Assembly (NCBI RefSeq): GCF_006345805.1 | Contig: NC_042998.1 | Coordinates: 15,500,001 to 15,564,000, forward strand | Length of the DNA stretch: 64,000 nucleotides | Direction: 5' to 3' | Source: Octopus sinensis | Lineage: Eukaryota | In this document: positions 1-12,249 of the stretch, one piece after another | Position numbering within the stretch: the stretch's first letter is position 1 | Layout: each line of letters starts with the position of its first letter | Position numbers and translations under genes: made by a program | Notes under the pieces: generated by a model | Database searches by the model: none | What the model was told of the DNA's origin: nothing | The model's input: the letters and a program-made list of their open reading frames with translations, nothing else

Positions 1-112
1 AAATGCTTTGTGTTTATAATCCCGAATTTTACTGAACCCCATTTTATTATCGACACTTTAAGCTGTACTATGTTTTCACTTCAAATTTGCTGTTCACCTA
101 TCAGATGTTATT

Positions 113-206
113 GGATTTCATTAATGAAATAGTCAAAAATAATTAAGTACTTAAGTTTGGGATTTCATCAATGAAATAGTCAAAAATAATTATATACTTA
201 AGTTTG
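113..206. repeat. Tandem duplication, 2 x 47 bp
   Basis: ggatttcattaatgaaatagtcaaaaataattaagtacttaagtttg at 113-159 is repeated with a few substitutions at 160-206. Confidence 0.9.
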
Positions 207-1520
207 GGATCCTTTGGCATTTCGGCGGAAGATTTTGCTACAAAGGAAAACACTAAAAGACTTTAGAGTTTAAAAAAAGACCCCAGAAAGATAGGAAAGG
301 AAGAAAGAAGATAACAGTGTATACCACGATCTCTTCCTGGGTAGCAACGGTTAGTTCCTATTTGCTTTCGCCTCCTAGAAATTATGAAAAATGGTTTATG
401 ATTCCATTAATATTTGCTCTTGTTACTTTTATTCAAACTCGAATGTATCCCTCTCAACACACGGCTATTATGCTCTCCCTCCTACTCCTGCTTCTGATCA
501 GAGATGCATAAATCGTCAGACTCTAAGGGGAATGTCCAAGTAGTAACGGTCAAGCAACTGACATGCAAATCTGTGGTATTCAACAAACGTGATGTTTCTG
601 CTTCAGCAATTCAACGCTGAATCTGTCTGAAATGTAATGGAAAATAAGTCAGTTTCAAAATATTGATATCCAGGTCGCAAAATGGAAATTTGAAGCGAAT
701 AGTAGACTTTGTCTTTGATTTCTAGATAGAACGAAATAAGAAATAACACCTACAGGCAATAAATAAATAAATAAATATAAATATAAATTCTGTTGCACTG
801 TGTAATCTAAAGCTTGCCTAGTTATTAATATCTCTATTATTTTTTATCAGTCGTCGAAGAGTCGAGTTAAACTAGGCTTACAGGTAAAGCGTCCTTATGT
901 ACCATTTAGTTTGGAATGGCTAAATGTTCCCTCTTAAATCTCGATAACTTCACTGGCTATCATCAGAGTAGTAGTATCCGTTATTGCTAATAGTTGGGTG
1001 GGGATTGATTAATGTCTTACACCATTATTTATTATTATCTTTCTATTTTGAGATAGAGAAATTGCACTGGCCTCATTATAGAGAAATTATAGAGAAAGGA
1101 ATCCCTTCTTACCACAGATTCGTTTTTCTTTCGGAACTAATATGACTAGTCCAACATTTATTTCAGAACTATAGTACCCACTAACTTTTATTACCGCCTT
1201 TTGATAAATGTTTTTATGTGCCGCCTTTGATAGATTTTATCGATGAATTGTCGAATGTTTCCAGGTAAAGAGGGTGTAAAACAAAATCTAAATAAACTGT
1301 AGCCCACTTGAATCTATCCAAACCTTTTAAAACAGAGGATCATGAAAAGGCTTTCCACAGTGCAAGTGGTATTGGTTCTCTTATCAGAATCACAGATATT
1401 TCATGTGTATTTGTATCTGCTTTATGATCAGGTTACATGAGAATCTCTGAGAATCTTTAAGTTTGCTTGATACTCTTTGTGACTGGATATCTTACTGGTT
1501 GTGACAGCAGATCTAGTTCC

Positions 1521-1828
1521 ATTTGTTTTTCGCTCCTTCTCGAGCCATGCATGGTTCATAAGGGCCGGTTTCCAGGTTTCCTTGGACCATAGGTCCTCCA
1601 CTTGGACGGGACGCCGGTCCGGCGCAGGTGTGGTGCAAGATGCAGGAGGAAAGAATGAGAGAAAGTTGTGGCGAAAGAGTCAGCAGAAGTTCGCCTTTAT
1701 CTTCTGCCGGAGTCGCGTGGAGCTTAGGTGTTTCGCTCATAAACACAAACATCGCCCGGTCTGAGACTCGAACTCGCGATCCCATGACCGCGAGTCCTCT
1801 GCTCTAACCACTAGGCCATGTGCATCCA
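1521..1828 (-). mobile_element. tRNA-derived SINE, group C, tail type 1, with 13-bp TSD
   Basis: Minus-strand head tggcctagtgg (A box) ... gagttcgagtct (B box); identical cagatctagttcc flanks at 1508-1520 and 1829-1841. Confidence 0.9.
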
Positions 1829-1877
1829 CAGATCTAGTTCCGTCATATATCACGTGTTCCTTTCCATTAAAATTTTA

Positions 1878-2250
1878 CTACACTGTGTCTCCAAATCTTC
1901 CATTTGCACACACTTCAATACTGAAATTCTTCTTGACGCTGTCGACGGCATTTCTGAAGCAACGAAGGCGTCTCAAAGAAGAAGCTAATACTCTTTTACT
2001 CTTTCCAGAAACTGTTCGAGTCAGTTTGTGGTCTGTACTGATGCAGTTCCTCGGAAAACCCTCACATTTTTGGCAAGCAAGATATTTTGAAACCCTGGTA
2101 AAAATGAACTTTGCAATCTGCATGTAGATATAAGGTTATGGAAATATATTGCAACAGCTTCCCTAATAACATTCGACTCCTTCCAGAGAGGGTTTATTTT
2201 CTTTCTTTCAAATATCGATTCCAATATAGATCGATGGTTTTCCACACTAT
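1878..2250 (-). pseudogene. Highly degraded LINE ORF2 AP-endonuclease remnant (RTE-like)
   Basis: Minus-strand translation QIAKFIFTR...CEGFPRNCISTDHKL resembles the APE C-terminal QIDxI...SDH motifs; faint RT-like traces further left (~350-750) on the same strand. Confidence 0.35.
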
Positions 2251-2611
2251 CTTTTCAACTCCTTAACATGTCTATTGTGGCGTCAAATGTTCTTGTGTTT
2301 TTATCTTTCCTAATGAGATGTAAAGAATTCGTTATTATAGTAACTATAATGGCTGATATTTCTACCTGTGCTTATAAGGATTGAGGATGAAGCGTCACTG
2401 ATGATTTAAACGACGCTAGTTTTAGAAATTGTTATCTCTTCATTCTGTACATTCAGCACTACCAATGCAAATTTTCACAACATCAAAAGTATCAAAGTAT
2501 TCAAAGGAAATACAATTTCCAAAGTGATTATATATTTCATAGTTATCTATAAACCTTCAATCAGCTACATAATAGTGGAATTTTCACGTTTATTATATTA
2601 CAACGATCATC

Positions 2612-2732
2612 AAATTACGCTTTTCATCCTTCCGGGTTCGATAAAACATGTACCAGTGAATACTGTGGTCGATTTAATCGACGTACTCCTCTCCTGAAAT
2701 TGCTGGCCCTGTGCCAAAATTTGAAACCATTA
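2612..2732 (+). mobile_element. SINE group A, 5'-truncated
   Basis: tttcatccttccgggttcgataaaa...gtcgatttaatcgac...gtgccaaaatttgaaacca matches other group A copies. Confidence 0.75.
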
Positions 2733-2740
2733 CTACAACT

Positions 2741-2905
2741 AAGGCATCGAGATGGCAAAATCGTTACTACATTGGGCAAAATATAAGCGGCATTTTGTCT
2801 GTCTTTACTTTCTGAGTTCTTATGGCACCAAAATCGACTTTGACTTTCATTTTTCTGGGTCGATAAAAACGGTTAAATACTGCGGTCAACGTAATCGGCC
2901 TCACG
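2741..2905 (+). mobile_element. SINE group A, degraded
   Basis: aaggcatcgagatggcaaaatcgtta...ttctgagttc...gtcgataaaa aligns to the copy at 3022. Confidence 0.7.
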
Positions 2906-3021
2906 TGTCCCTTAAAAACTGCTGACCTTAAAAAAGCTATTATTACAGTGACCATTGTTATCATTGTCCTAAATATATTTGTAGATATAATTTTCATCAT
3001 AATTATATCTACAAATATATT

Positions 3022-3252
3022 AAGGCGGCGAGCTGGCAGAGACGTTAGCCCGCAGGACGAAGTGCTTCGCGGTATTTCGCCCGTCGCTACGTTCTGAGTT
3101 CAATTTCCGCCAAGGTCGACTTTGCCTTTCATCCTTACGGGGTCGATTAAATAAGCGCCAGTTATGCATTGGGGTCGATATAATCGACTTAATCCGTTTG
3201 TCTGTCCTTGTTTGTCCCCTCTATGTTTAGCCCCTTGTGGGTAATAAAGAAA
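3022..3252 (+). mobile_element. SINE group A, young copy with alternative 3' tail and 14-bp TSD
   Basis: ggcggcgagctggcaga head, gagttcaatttcc B-box-like motif; attttcatcataat at 2990-3003 and 3259-3272. Confidence 0.9.
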
Positions 3253-3254
3253 CA

Positions 3255-3910
3255 TATGATTTTCATCATAATCATATCCTGCCTCTTCATTAGGATCATT
3301 ATTATGTATAACATCTGTATTATTAGCAAAATCATGGCTAAGCTTTTTTTTAAAATTTATTATCTTCATCGTATATATAATTTATCTACATACACCATTT
3401 TAATCATCGTCATAAATACATTGTCACTATCATCTTCAGTGCCAGCCAAAGAGTTTATCTCCTCACTTCCCTTCTTCCATCCCCTTCTTCTCTTCATCCT
3501 CCTCATCTTCATCATCATTATCTTCCTTATCCTTATCATCATCACAACCACCAATATCACTAGCAGCATCATAACCAGAAACGCATCAATAACAATATCC
3601 AGAATCTAACCATCGTTCTTCTCTCTAATTACCCTTCGCCGTCCTTATGATAATACTTATAAACATTATTTCCCTTAACTATCTATACTGACTTTATTCG
3701 TTTCATTCGTCAGAATTACGAAATCTCTACAACATACGTTTTCCAGGAACTATTAAACATATTCGTTTACATCGTTTTGTATCAACAACATTATTATCAT
3801 GATCATTATTAGCATCATTATAGTCATCATGGTCGTATTCGAACATCGTTGTGTTCCTCAACCTCACCACCACCATCATCATCGTCGTTACGATCACCAT
3901 CATAATCATA
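3255..3910. repeat. Degenerate (ATC)n-rich low-complexity region
   Basis: Recurrent atc/catc/tcttc runs; explains the Ile/Met-rich spurious ORFs. Confidence 0.75.
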
Positions 3911-5659
3911 AATCCACATTAGCCATAATACTTTAACACAAATGAAAACAAGTAATTTGTTTTGAGGAAAGATAACTTCTTACTTTGTGCTTTCTCTTCC
4001 TCCCTTATTTTAAAACTGAGATTTTCCTTACAGCATTAATCTTAGCAAAATCTATGGCATTGTTCCTAATACAATGGATTTTACGTACAATTCAGGATGT
4101 ATATAATAATATAGTCAACATTACGGATTAAATGGGATTACCATCACTAATCTACGAGACATAGTAACCGAAAACTTCTGAATGTCATAAAATCTCAAAA
4201 GATCCGGAATGTATCAAATGTTTAGAAATGTTTACAAAAGATTTCATTGTTACCGTTGAAGATGTAGAGTTTAATGAATGTGAATAGATGAACAACAGAA
4301 AATGTTCGATCATTTATTTACACGTGAAGCTTTTACATAGGAAAACACTAATACGTATGTATCTATGTAATGTGAATGTGGTGTGGACGTGTATGCAGAG
4401 AGACAGAGTACAGAGAGATAGGCATATATAGATTGGTGCACACAGACATGTTTACGTTTTCCACTTTATGAAGAAAAAATAAAGTGCTGAACAGATATTA
4501 CAGTGCTTATTATTTAACATCTTTTTTTGATTTGTGTTTTATCTTTTAGATTTTATCTCGGCTCAAACGACACAAATCGGGGTCCTCAAGCGAAACTTTC
4601 CTGTTCCCCTTCATTTTATATATATTGAAACGAGTGGTTATCGTTCTCATTTGCAGTTACCTGTTATACACATACAAATACGTACACACATGTACGCACG
4701 CATATACACATACACAAACACACACACATATACACTCACAAACACAAATACACACGTACACACGTACACACGTACACAGTCACTCAGACACACAAAGACA
4801 CAAACACACAAATATACACACGCAACACACGTTTCATGTTTTTATGCGGCATGGCCTGTCACTGTTTTCATTATTTGTTGGTTTGTAAAATCATTTTATT
4901 CTTTTGTTTCTGTAGGGTGTTGTCTATGGTTTTCAACACAACATTTACGCTTTGTCTTCACTCGTGGGCTTTGAGAATTGTTAATTTAAGCGTGGTTTTC
5001 CTTTTATACAAATTTTTGGTTTTTGAAATTCGCTTCAGTATGTGATTTGTCACTGTTTATTTCCTTGTTTTGGTTCGCATATCATATCTCTTGATTATTT
5101 CTTTTCTAGCCACTTTAAATGCACCGTTTTCAATAGCCGTCTCGCTTTTTTTATGGTTAGTATTCATTGCTTCTGAGTGATATTGTTTCTTATACACCGT
5201 TTATCTCACGCCAAAATGGGTGATATTTATTCTGGTTAGATATTTTGCTGTTTGATTTGCTGAAGTCGTTCCTTGTATTATTGTAGTTCAGTGGTTAGCA
5301 TCGACGCTTCAGAGCTTTCGTATCAAGTTATTGATGAAATTTTCTTTTCAGCGATTGTAAATTTCTTTCTGTATATGTATACAAACAAACAAATGTCCGT
5401 ATACACGCCATCGTCAACTGTGTGCGAATGTTTTTATTTCACGTAAAAAGACCAAGCAGAGATTCAAAATCTCAATCAAGGAATGGATTATTTTTGCAAA
5501 GGAAAGGCAGTTAAAGGCTAGCCGGTATATTGACATCTATTTACAATTGAATACCTGACTACTTAACTCTACTGGAAAAATGTTGCACAAAAGGAGCGGA
5601 AATTTGTCGTCGGGTGCCAATACCGTTATAATATATAATATTTCAAGCATATTTTTGTC

Positions 5660-5940
5660 ATCTAAATAACAACATTCACTGAATGTCCAACACTACCACG
5701 TTATTGTAATATCTTCGGATGTATATCATGATGAAATGCAAAAGCCTATAGTAGAGACTGTAGACAAACATCGTTTGAAAGAAAGAGATCATCGGTTTTA
5801 ATATCAATTAAATCCCAAACAAAAATAATTTTACCATCAAACTATAGCAATCATATGTAGCAGAGGTGGCTTCCGTGGAAAGTTCTATGTACCATTGAAA
5901 GACAAATGCCTTAACGCTAATCTGATTGAGTACCGTTCCG
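5660..5940 (+). mobile_element. Degraded Penelope-like element fragment (RT thumb / Cys linker)
   Basis: Translations PTLPRYCNIF and GFRGKFYVPLKDKCLNANLI resemble the PLE linker CxCRxK..CPLxGKCL..NxIY. Confidence 0.4.
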
Positions 5941-6074
5941 AGATATTCAACTTTTCATATTGCGTAATATCTCACACAACATCATTTATATGAGATGCGT
6001 TCAGAAATAGAGGTGTAGAAACAATCGTATAAAATATTAAATTTGTACTGAATTCATTTTGCATTTTTTGACGC

Positions 6075-6160
<86 letters not shown>

Positions 6161-6554
6161 GTGCATCTATGTATAGATGTAAATGACTTTAATATCTGCT
6201 GCAAACAGAAGGCTTTTCTGATAACATTTGATTCTAATGCGCTGCTTGGTATGCGCTTTGTATCCATTCCTTAAAACTTTTCCTTGCGTGTCTGCTGGAA
6301 AAGCATGAACAGTGTTTGTATTCTAAGATAAGAGTTTTTTCGGCAAACCTTAACGAGCATGTTTACTTTGAAATCTACGTGAAGTTCGTAGTTACAATGT
6401 AGAAAGAATGAAATATGTCTGTTTCTCGTGTGCCTTCGCGGGGATGGTGTGTAAACAACAATTTGAGAGGCAGATGTATTTATGATAGAAATTTATAATA
6501 AACATATATACATACATGCCCACACACATATACATATATATGTAGGAGCATATG

Positions 6555-7045
6555 TAAAGCAAACATCACTTCATGCCAATCCGGAGATATATTTAAGTTT
6601 TGTGTTGATTTGCTTTGGTGAAACTGGGACGGCCTAATCTGCTATGAAGTGCGAGAAAACACATCATGCACGCAATGCAGAACTTAACCTTCACAAAATT
6701 TAACGGCTCAATAAGGTAGTCCAGCAGAGACTAACTGACCGACGACACGAGAACGCTCGTCTCTACGACACAAATTTGACAAACAATTTCTCTAATCAAG
6801 ATCCTTGTTGCAAAGTTCTACGTTGCTTCCGGTATTACCGTGATATAGCATATTTTTCGGTTGCTGTACCACAATCTACAGGAATTTTCTTTTAACTGCT
6901 GCCTAGTTAGGCTGAAAACGTGCCTCGATAAATTCTTCGAATGAAGACCTTCTGATTTGTACCATCAAGGCATTTGCGATCTTGTGGAACGGTGGCAAGA
7001 AATCGTGAACAATGAAGGAGAATATATTATTGATTGATTAGTTAA
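6555..7045 (+). mobile_element. Mariner transposase C-terminal fragment (pseudogene)
   Basis: Frameshifted WDGLICYEV..., LKTCLDKFFE..., LVERWQEIVNNEGEYIID* typical of the mariner DD34D C-terminus. Confidence 0.85.
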
Positions 7046-7179
7046 ATATTTGATGTAAAATAAGGGTTAAAATGAATGGGCATAAAAATGGGAGAATTCA
7101 CCCCTCCCTTAATCCTCTTACAGATCTTTAAAAAGCATTGACTGAATCTAGTACCTGAAATAAGCTTTTAGCTTTCTTG

Positions 7180-8196
7180 AGACTTGACGAAATGATCCAC
7201 TTGTATCCAACATTTTTACTCTTATATTTTTAATTTTCACATTTACAAGTTTCCAGTTTATTTCGACGACATCATGTTTATCCTTTTTCATTTGCCCTAA
7301 CGTTTTGTTAGTTTAGTTTTACACTGCACTTTTGCGTGTCCAATTCTTGCACAACGGAAGCTTTCTTAAATGGGCAGTGTTTTCGCAGGTGTAAACTTCT
7401 ACATACAAAACATGGATCTGTTCCTGAATTTTGCCCTGTTTGTACTGTATTTTAGTATACACTTGATTTCTATTCTACCTGTTTCGCACTTGTTTAAACT
7501 TGGGAGTTATCTTTATGTTCAATTTTCTTTGTGTTATTTCTTAAATTTACTTATCTTTCACAATGTTCTAACACTTTTTGTAGGGTTGCAGCTTGGTTTT
7601 GTTCTAGCTTAGCGAAAATTCTTATTCTTATTTCTGCATAATTTTCTACAGTTACTCCCTGAGTGAACAACGGACAATTGAACACATCTGGCGTTAATTC
7701 GCCCAGTTTGAACACTTTACATTCCCGGTTAAATGTACCAGCATATGTGATGTAATCCTCCTCTTTCTTCCTTTCTAGCATCTCCAGCGTGTATTGAACA
7801 ATGAGCCTATCTCGCTAAAATTTTTACACAATATCGCTATAGAGATTTTAAAGTTTATGTGAGAAGGATTTTTCGGGAGTACGCAATTTTTGGAGCGCTC
7901 ATGACCACCCGCTGTTAGTTTTCTTAGGAGTGGACGCATTTTCATATCGCCGTTCCAGTCTTTGCACTATCTTCTATTGTGCGCCTCAAAGGTAACTCCT
8001 TCGTCTAGCTCATACTCAAAGCTTTTTATTGAGTCCGTAACGTAAGCTAGCGAGAACATCTTTTCAGCATTTTTGGCGGGTTACTCTTCATTAGTTACCA
8101 CATTTGTTGCTGTAATAGTAATTACTGGATTTGCTCTCTTAGTTGTTGTTGATGCTGTTTTTGCAACTCAAGCAAACTAGCCAAAACATTTTCCAT
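7180..8196 (-). mobile_element. Ty3/Gypsy gag and protease (inverted segment, disrupted)
   Basis: Minus strand: MENVLASLLELQK..., SFEYELDEGVTFEA, KKEEDYITYAGTFNRECKVFKL, CCHC-like CFVC..H..HC..C.RIGH...C, protease-like LDTSGS near 7190-7210. Confidence 0.85.
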
Positions 8197-9173
8197 TAGA
8201 GAATATGGCTTCAAGTTAACGGAAGAAAAATGCGAATACACGCTGAAGAAAATTAAATACTTGGGCCAGATAATTGATATAAACGGACGAAAACCGGATT
8301 CATCCAGAGCAACCGCAATAAAAAATATACCCAGACCGAATAACGTGACTATGCTAAAAGCATTTTGGGGTTTAGTAAGTTATTATCAAATTTACATTTC
8401 TAATAATACATAATATCTGCCAGAAGGCAGTTATCAGACAAGTTAAAAAATATTTCAATATCGAACTTATCGTTAACACATTTGAATCCGAAGTTGGATA
8501 TTATATTGGCTACAGATGCGAGTGATTACGGTGTAGGGGCCTTGCTTCTGCACCAGTATGTCGATGGGAGTAAAAAAGCTATAGCCCATGCGTCACGCTG
8601 GTTATTACCAACTTAAAGGAACTACAGCCATATAGAAAAGGAAGCGTTAGCAATCATATTCCATGTGAAGAAATTCTATATATTATTCATGGAAGAAGAT
8701 TCTGTCTACAAAGAGATCATCGCCCAGTGCTGCCCCTATACGGTTGTAAAAAAGAAATACCAACACACACACAGCGAATAAACTGCAGCAATGATGCACT
8801 GCATTATTGAATTATGAATTATGAATGGAATATTTACCGTCAAAAAAACTAGGGCCTGCGGATGGTCTGTCCAGACTGATAACGAAACGCTGCGAGCTAT
8901 TCGAAGATACGGTAATCGCAGCTTTAAGATCAGAAGGAGAAATAAAAAAGAACTGCAATGTGGAATGTGATTCGCGAATAACCGGTATCTCTAGAAGATA
9001 CAAAATGAAATGCGGTAAAGTGAAAGTTCATAAAAGAAATGAAAAGAATATTGTGGTCAGGAAAAGTAAATTGAAACAGGATTGGTGCGAAACGAAACCA
9101 AGACGTGAACCTATATTCAATTTGTGATGGCGCAGTGATGTATGTACAAAGAGTCGTAATACCTGAGACATTA
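8195..9173 (+). mobile_element. Ty3/Gypsy pol fragment: RT C-terminus, RNase H, start of integrase region
   Basis: IREYGFKL..EKC..KIKYLGQIID, ATDASDYGVGA, NYSHIEKEALAIIF, DHRP, ADGLSRL, RVVIP; stops and frameshifts present. Confidence 0.92.
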
Positions 9174-9246
9174 TATATATATATATATGAACATATACAT
9201 ATTTACATTTATATGGGTGTGTACATGCAAACACGGGCAAACATTG

Positions 9247-9316
<70 letters not shown>

Positions 9317-9416
9317 AATATATATATATGTATAAATATACATATACATATATATATATACATATATATATATACATATAAAGAAGTGGTTGTGTGATAA
9401 GTAGCTATATATATAT

Positions 9417-9582
9417 AGACGCGGGAGCAGCAGTGTGATTAGTAGCTTGCTTACCAACCACAAAGTGCCGGGTTCAGTCCCACTGCGTGGCACCTTTGGC
9501 AAGTGTCTTGTACTATAGCCACGGTCCGACCAAAGCATTCTGAGTGGATTCGGTAGACAGAAACCGAAAGACGACCGTCGCT

Positions 9583-9617
<35 letters not shown>

Positions 9618-9656
9618 ATGCGTATCTGTGTGTGTGTGTGTGTGTGTGTATGCGTA

Positions 9657-9691
<35 letters not shown>

Positions 9692-9878
9692 CTGTGTCTG
9701 TGTATGTTTGTCCCCCAATATCGCTTGACAACCGATGCTAGTGCGGTTAAGTCCCCGTTATATAGCGGTTCGGCAAAAAAAGCTGATAGAATAAGTACTA
9801 GGCTTATAAGTCCGGGGGTTGATTTGCTCCAACATGGCCGCAGTCCAATAACTGAAACATGTGAAAGAGTAAGAGTAA
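9417..9878 (+). mobile_element. SINE group B with internal microsatellite
   Basis: tRNA-like head (gggttcagtccc), gcacctttggcaagtgtctt, internal (TA)/(TG) tract, 3' catggccgcagtc...ctgaaaca..gaaagagtaagag. Confidence 0.85.
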
Positions 9879-9931
9879 TATATATATATATATGTGTGTG
9901 TATAAATATATATATATATATTTATATATAT

Positions 9932-10312
9932 ACTAGCAGTATCGCCCGGCGTTGCTCAGGTTTGTAAGGGAAATAACTGTAAAGCATTTTTAGAGAGTTA
10001 TAGCCAAAAAATAGCCAAAAAATGGAAAAAAAATGATGGTAATTTTTTTTTTTTGAGAGTAATAAAAGGTTGAGTTGCGTCCCCTAGACAGTCTGTGGTT
10101 TTTTTTTTTTATTCTCGACCCCATGTCGAATTTATCGATTTTTTTCAGAACTGGGGGAACTTTTCAAAATTTTCGCTGCGTTAGTTTTGAATTATGACAT
10201 TGGGCTATGTGTGTGTCAAGTTTCATCAGAATCGGTTGAAAGCCGTGGTCAGGGTGAGGGTACGAGAAAACAGACACACAGAAACACGCACAGACAAACT
10301 GCCGTTTATATA
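9932..10312 (+). mobile_element. Non-autonomous Helitron/Helentron-like (HINE/Lep1-type) element
   Basis: 5' actagcagtatcgcccggcgttgctcagg with short subterminal palindrome; 3' aagtttcatcagaatcggtt...cagacaaac...tttatata, an architecture typical of such elements. Confidence 0.55.
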
Positions 10313-10754
10313 ATATATATATATATATATTATATATATATATATATATATGCCTATACCTATGTTTGTGAGTAAAACTAGTAAAATTTATATGCTTTTC
10401 GTAGATTTTCTTATGTTGAATTTGAAGCGTAGGAAAATATTTGTGTACATGTAGAAGTTGGTGATAAGACAATTAATGTCATGAGTTACCCTCAAGATAA
10501 ATAATTATCTGTTAAATTTAACATTAGCAATATATTTTCACTCTTGTTTACACAGAAATAATAAGATCCTGCCTGGGTGTTAAATGTCTGTGTGTCTGAA
10601 GGTGAAAAGTAATAAACATTTAGACTGTACAAAAAAAAAAACAAAACACGAATACACTATTGTATACACAGAATACATTGAAATAATATACGAGAGAAAA
10701 AATATAAACATACAGGATGAGTAATGAGAGATAAACATCATTTATATAAATACT

Positions 10755-10968
10755 GGGCTCAAATGTTGGCAAAAATACCAGCAGATACGAGAGAGAGAGG
10801 ATTATCGATTACATCGAACCGCAGTGTAGGAATATTAATTACTTTAGCGACACCGAAAGGGTGAATGGCAACGTCAATCGCGATGGAATTTGAACACGAA
10901 GACGGACAAAATGCCGTTAGGCCTTTAACTTCCAGTGTTACCGATTTGGACAGCCGAATACGTTGCCC
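10755..10968 (-). mobile_element. SINE group A, degraded
   Basis: Reverse-complement match to group A (gaatttgaac...aaatgccgttagg...). Confidence 0.65.
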
Positions 10969-11082
10969 CATTCATATAAATATGAAATATTCAAATGCAT
11001 AAAAACGCATACATCATACACGCACGCACACAGACAAAACCAAACACATATACAAAGAGAGAGAGAGATTTGTATATAGGCA

Positions 11083-11133
<51 letters not shown>

Positions 11134-11156
11134 ATATATATATATATATGTATGCA

Positions 11157-11214
<58 letters not shown>

Positions 11215-11223
11215 CATGCATAT

Positions 11224-11255
<32 letters not shown>

Positions 11256-11274
11256 GCATATACACATACACGCA

Positions 11275-11863
11275 CACTAGTTCAAATGCGTCTTTTGGCT
11301 TTCTCCACACGTATACTCGGCCGGTGGTCGGAAATAAAGTAGAAAGTAGCATTAGCATTCTTCCACTGCTCTAGGTGCCAATTCTGTAGGTTTTTATTCA
11401 CTGTAAACGCTTTGCAACGTTTGTTTTTGAAAGTAGTGGTTTTCTGATTGCAGACTTCCCGTGAAATCCGGCTTTGTGCAGAGACCGGCGAATAGTATTT
11501 TTGGAAATTGGGTTCTCGAGGTGGTCATTCAGCTCAGCCGTAAATTTGGGAGGTTTACATTTGTGATCCTTTCTAAGAATTCGCGTAAGAGTACGACGGG
11601 TCTTTTCGTTATGCTACCCCCTGCCATATGCACACCAACAATTTGACGCCTTCGAAAGTCCGATAGATCTGTCTTTTAAATGAAAATTAATTACCTATTT
11701 CTGATGATATCTGAAAAGAAACAACTTTAGCAAAACATATTAAGCAACACTAATAATAAATAAAGAAACATAAATAGTAAACAACTTTTGATGGTTTCAT
11801 AGATATTTCAAAATCTTGATGCTATAACGCTAGGCGTTTCCATTATTTTTTCCAACCCCTGTA
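11275..11863 (-). mobile_element. Tc1-like transposon 5' part with TIR and internally deleted transposase
   Basis: Terminus TA-caggggttggaaaaaataatgg; [72 protein letters not shown]. Confidence 0.9.
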
Positions 11864-11864
11864 T

Positions 11865-12249
11865 ATAGTAATGTTCATATGCCAACAGAATGTAGCAGTG
11901 ATATGAAGGGCGACGTTACTGTTGCTATAGTCCCAGAAAACATCTTTTCGAGCTGGCTATCGACACACAGTTTGTTTCCATATAGCTTTCGCAAGGGACA
12001 TCGTCGCTCCCATCTCTAGCCTCACGTGATACTCACAGACCCGGGTTTCTAGATGGTTATCTGCCTTAAGTCTGAGATTAACCCGGGTCTCTGAGTACCA
12101 CGTAAAGTAAGAGATGGAAGAGATGGCCTCCCTTGCGGATGATATACCGACATAAAATGTGTCGAAATATGTTTTCCTGGGGCTATAACAAGAGTAACAC
12201 CCTCTTTTATAGGACAGCCACGTTCTATTGGCATATGAACTTCATTATT
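11865..12249. mobile_element. Foldback/MITE-like palindromic element (~385 bp)
   Basis: Arms pair along their length, e.g. gttcatatgccaacagaatgtagc vs gccacgttctattggcatatgaac and cacgtgatactcacagacccgggtt vs aacccgggtctctgagtaccacgt. Confidence 0.8.

Noticed and set aside
1170-1375. Plus-strand RT-like words (NYSTH.LLLP, DHEKAFHS)
   Set aside because: The matches are short, and the better-supported LINE remnant in this region lies on the minus strand; likely chance.
1760-1828. tRNA-like sequences (also at the heads of other SINE copies)
   Set aside because: A/B boxes are present, but they run into SINE bodies with TSDs and do not form a complete cloverleaf, so they are SINE heads rather than tRNA genes.
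2390-2440. ctgatga...gaaa hammerhead-like string
   Set aside because: Stem II is mismatched and stem I cannot form adjacent to the core.
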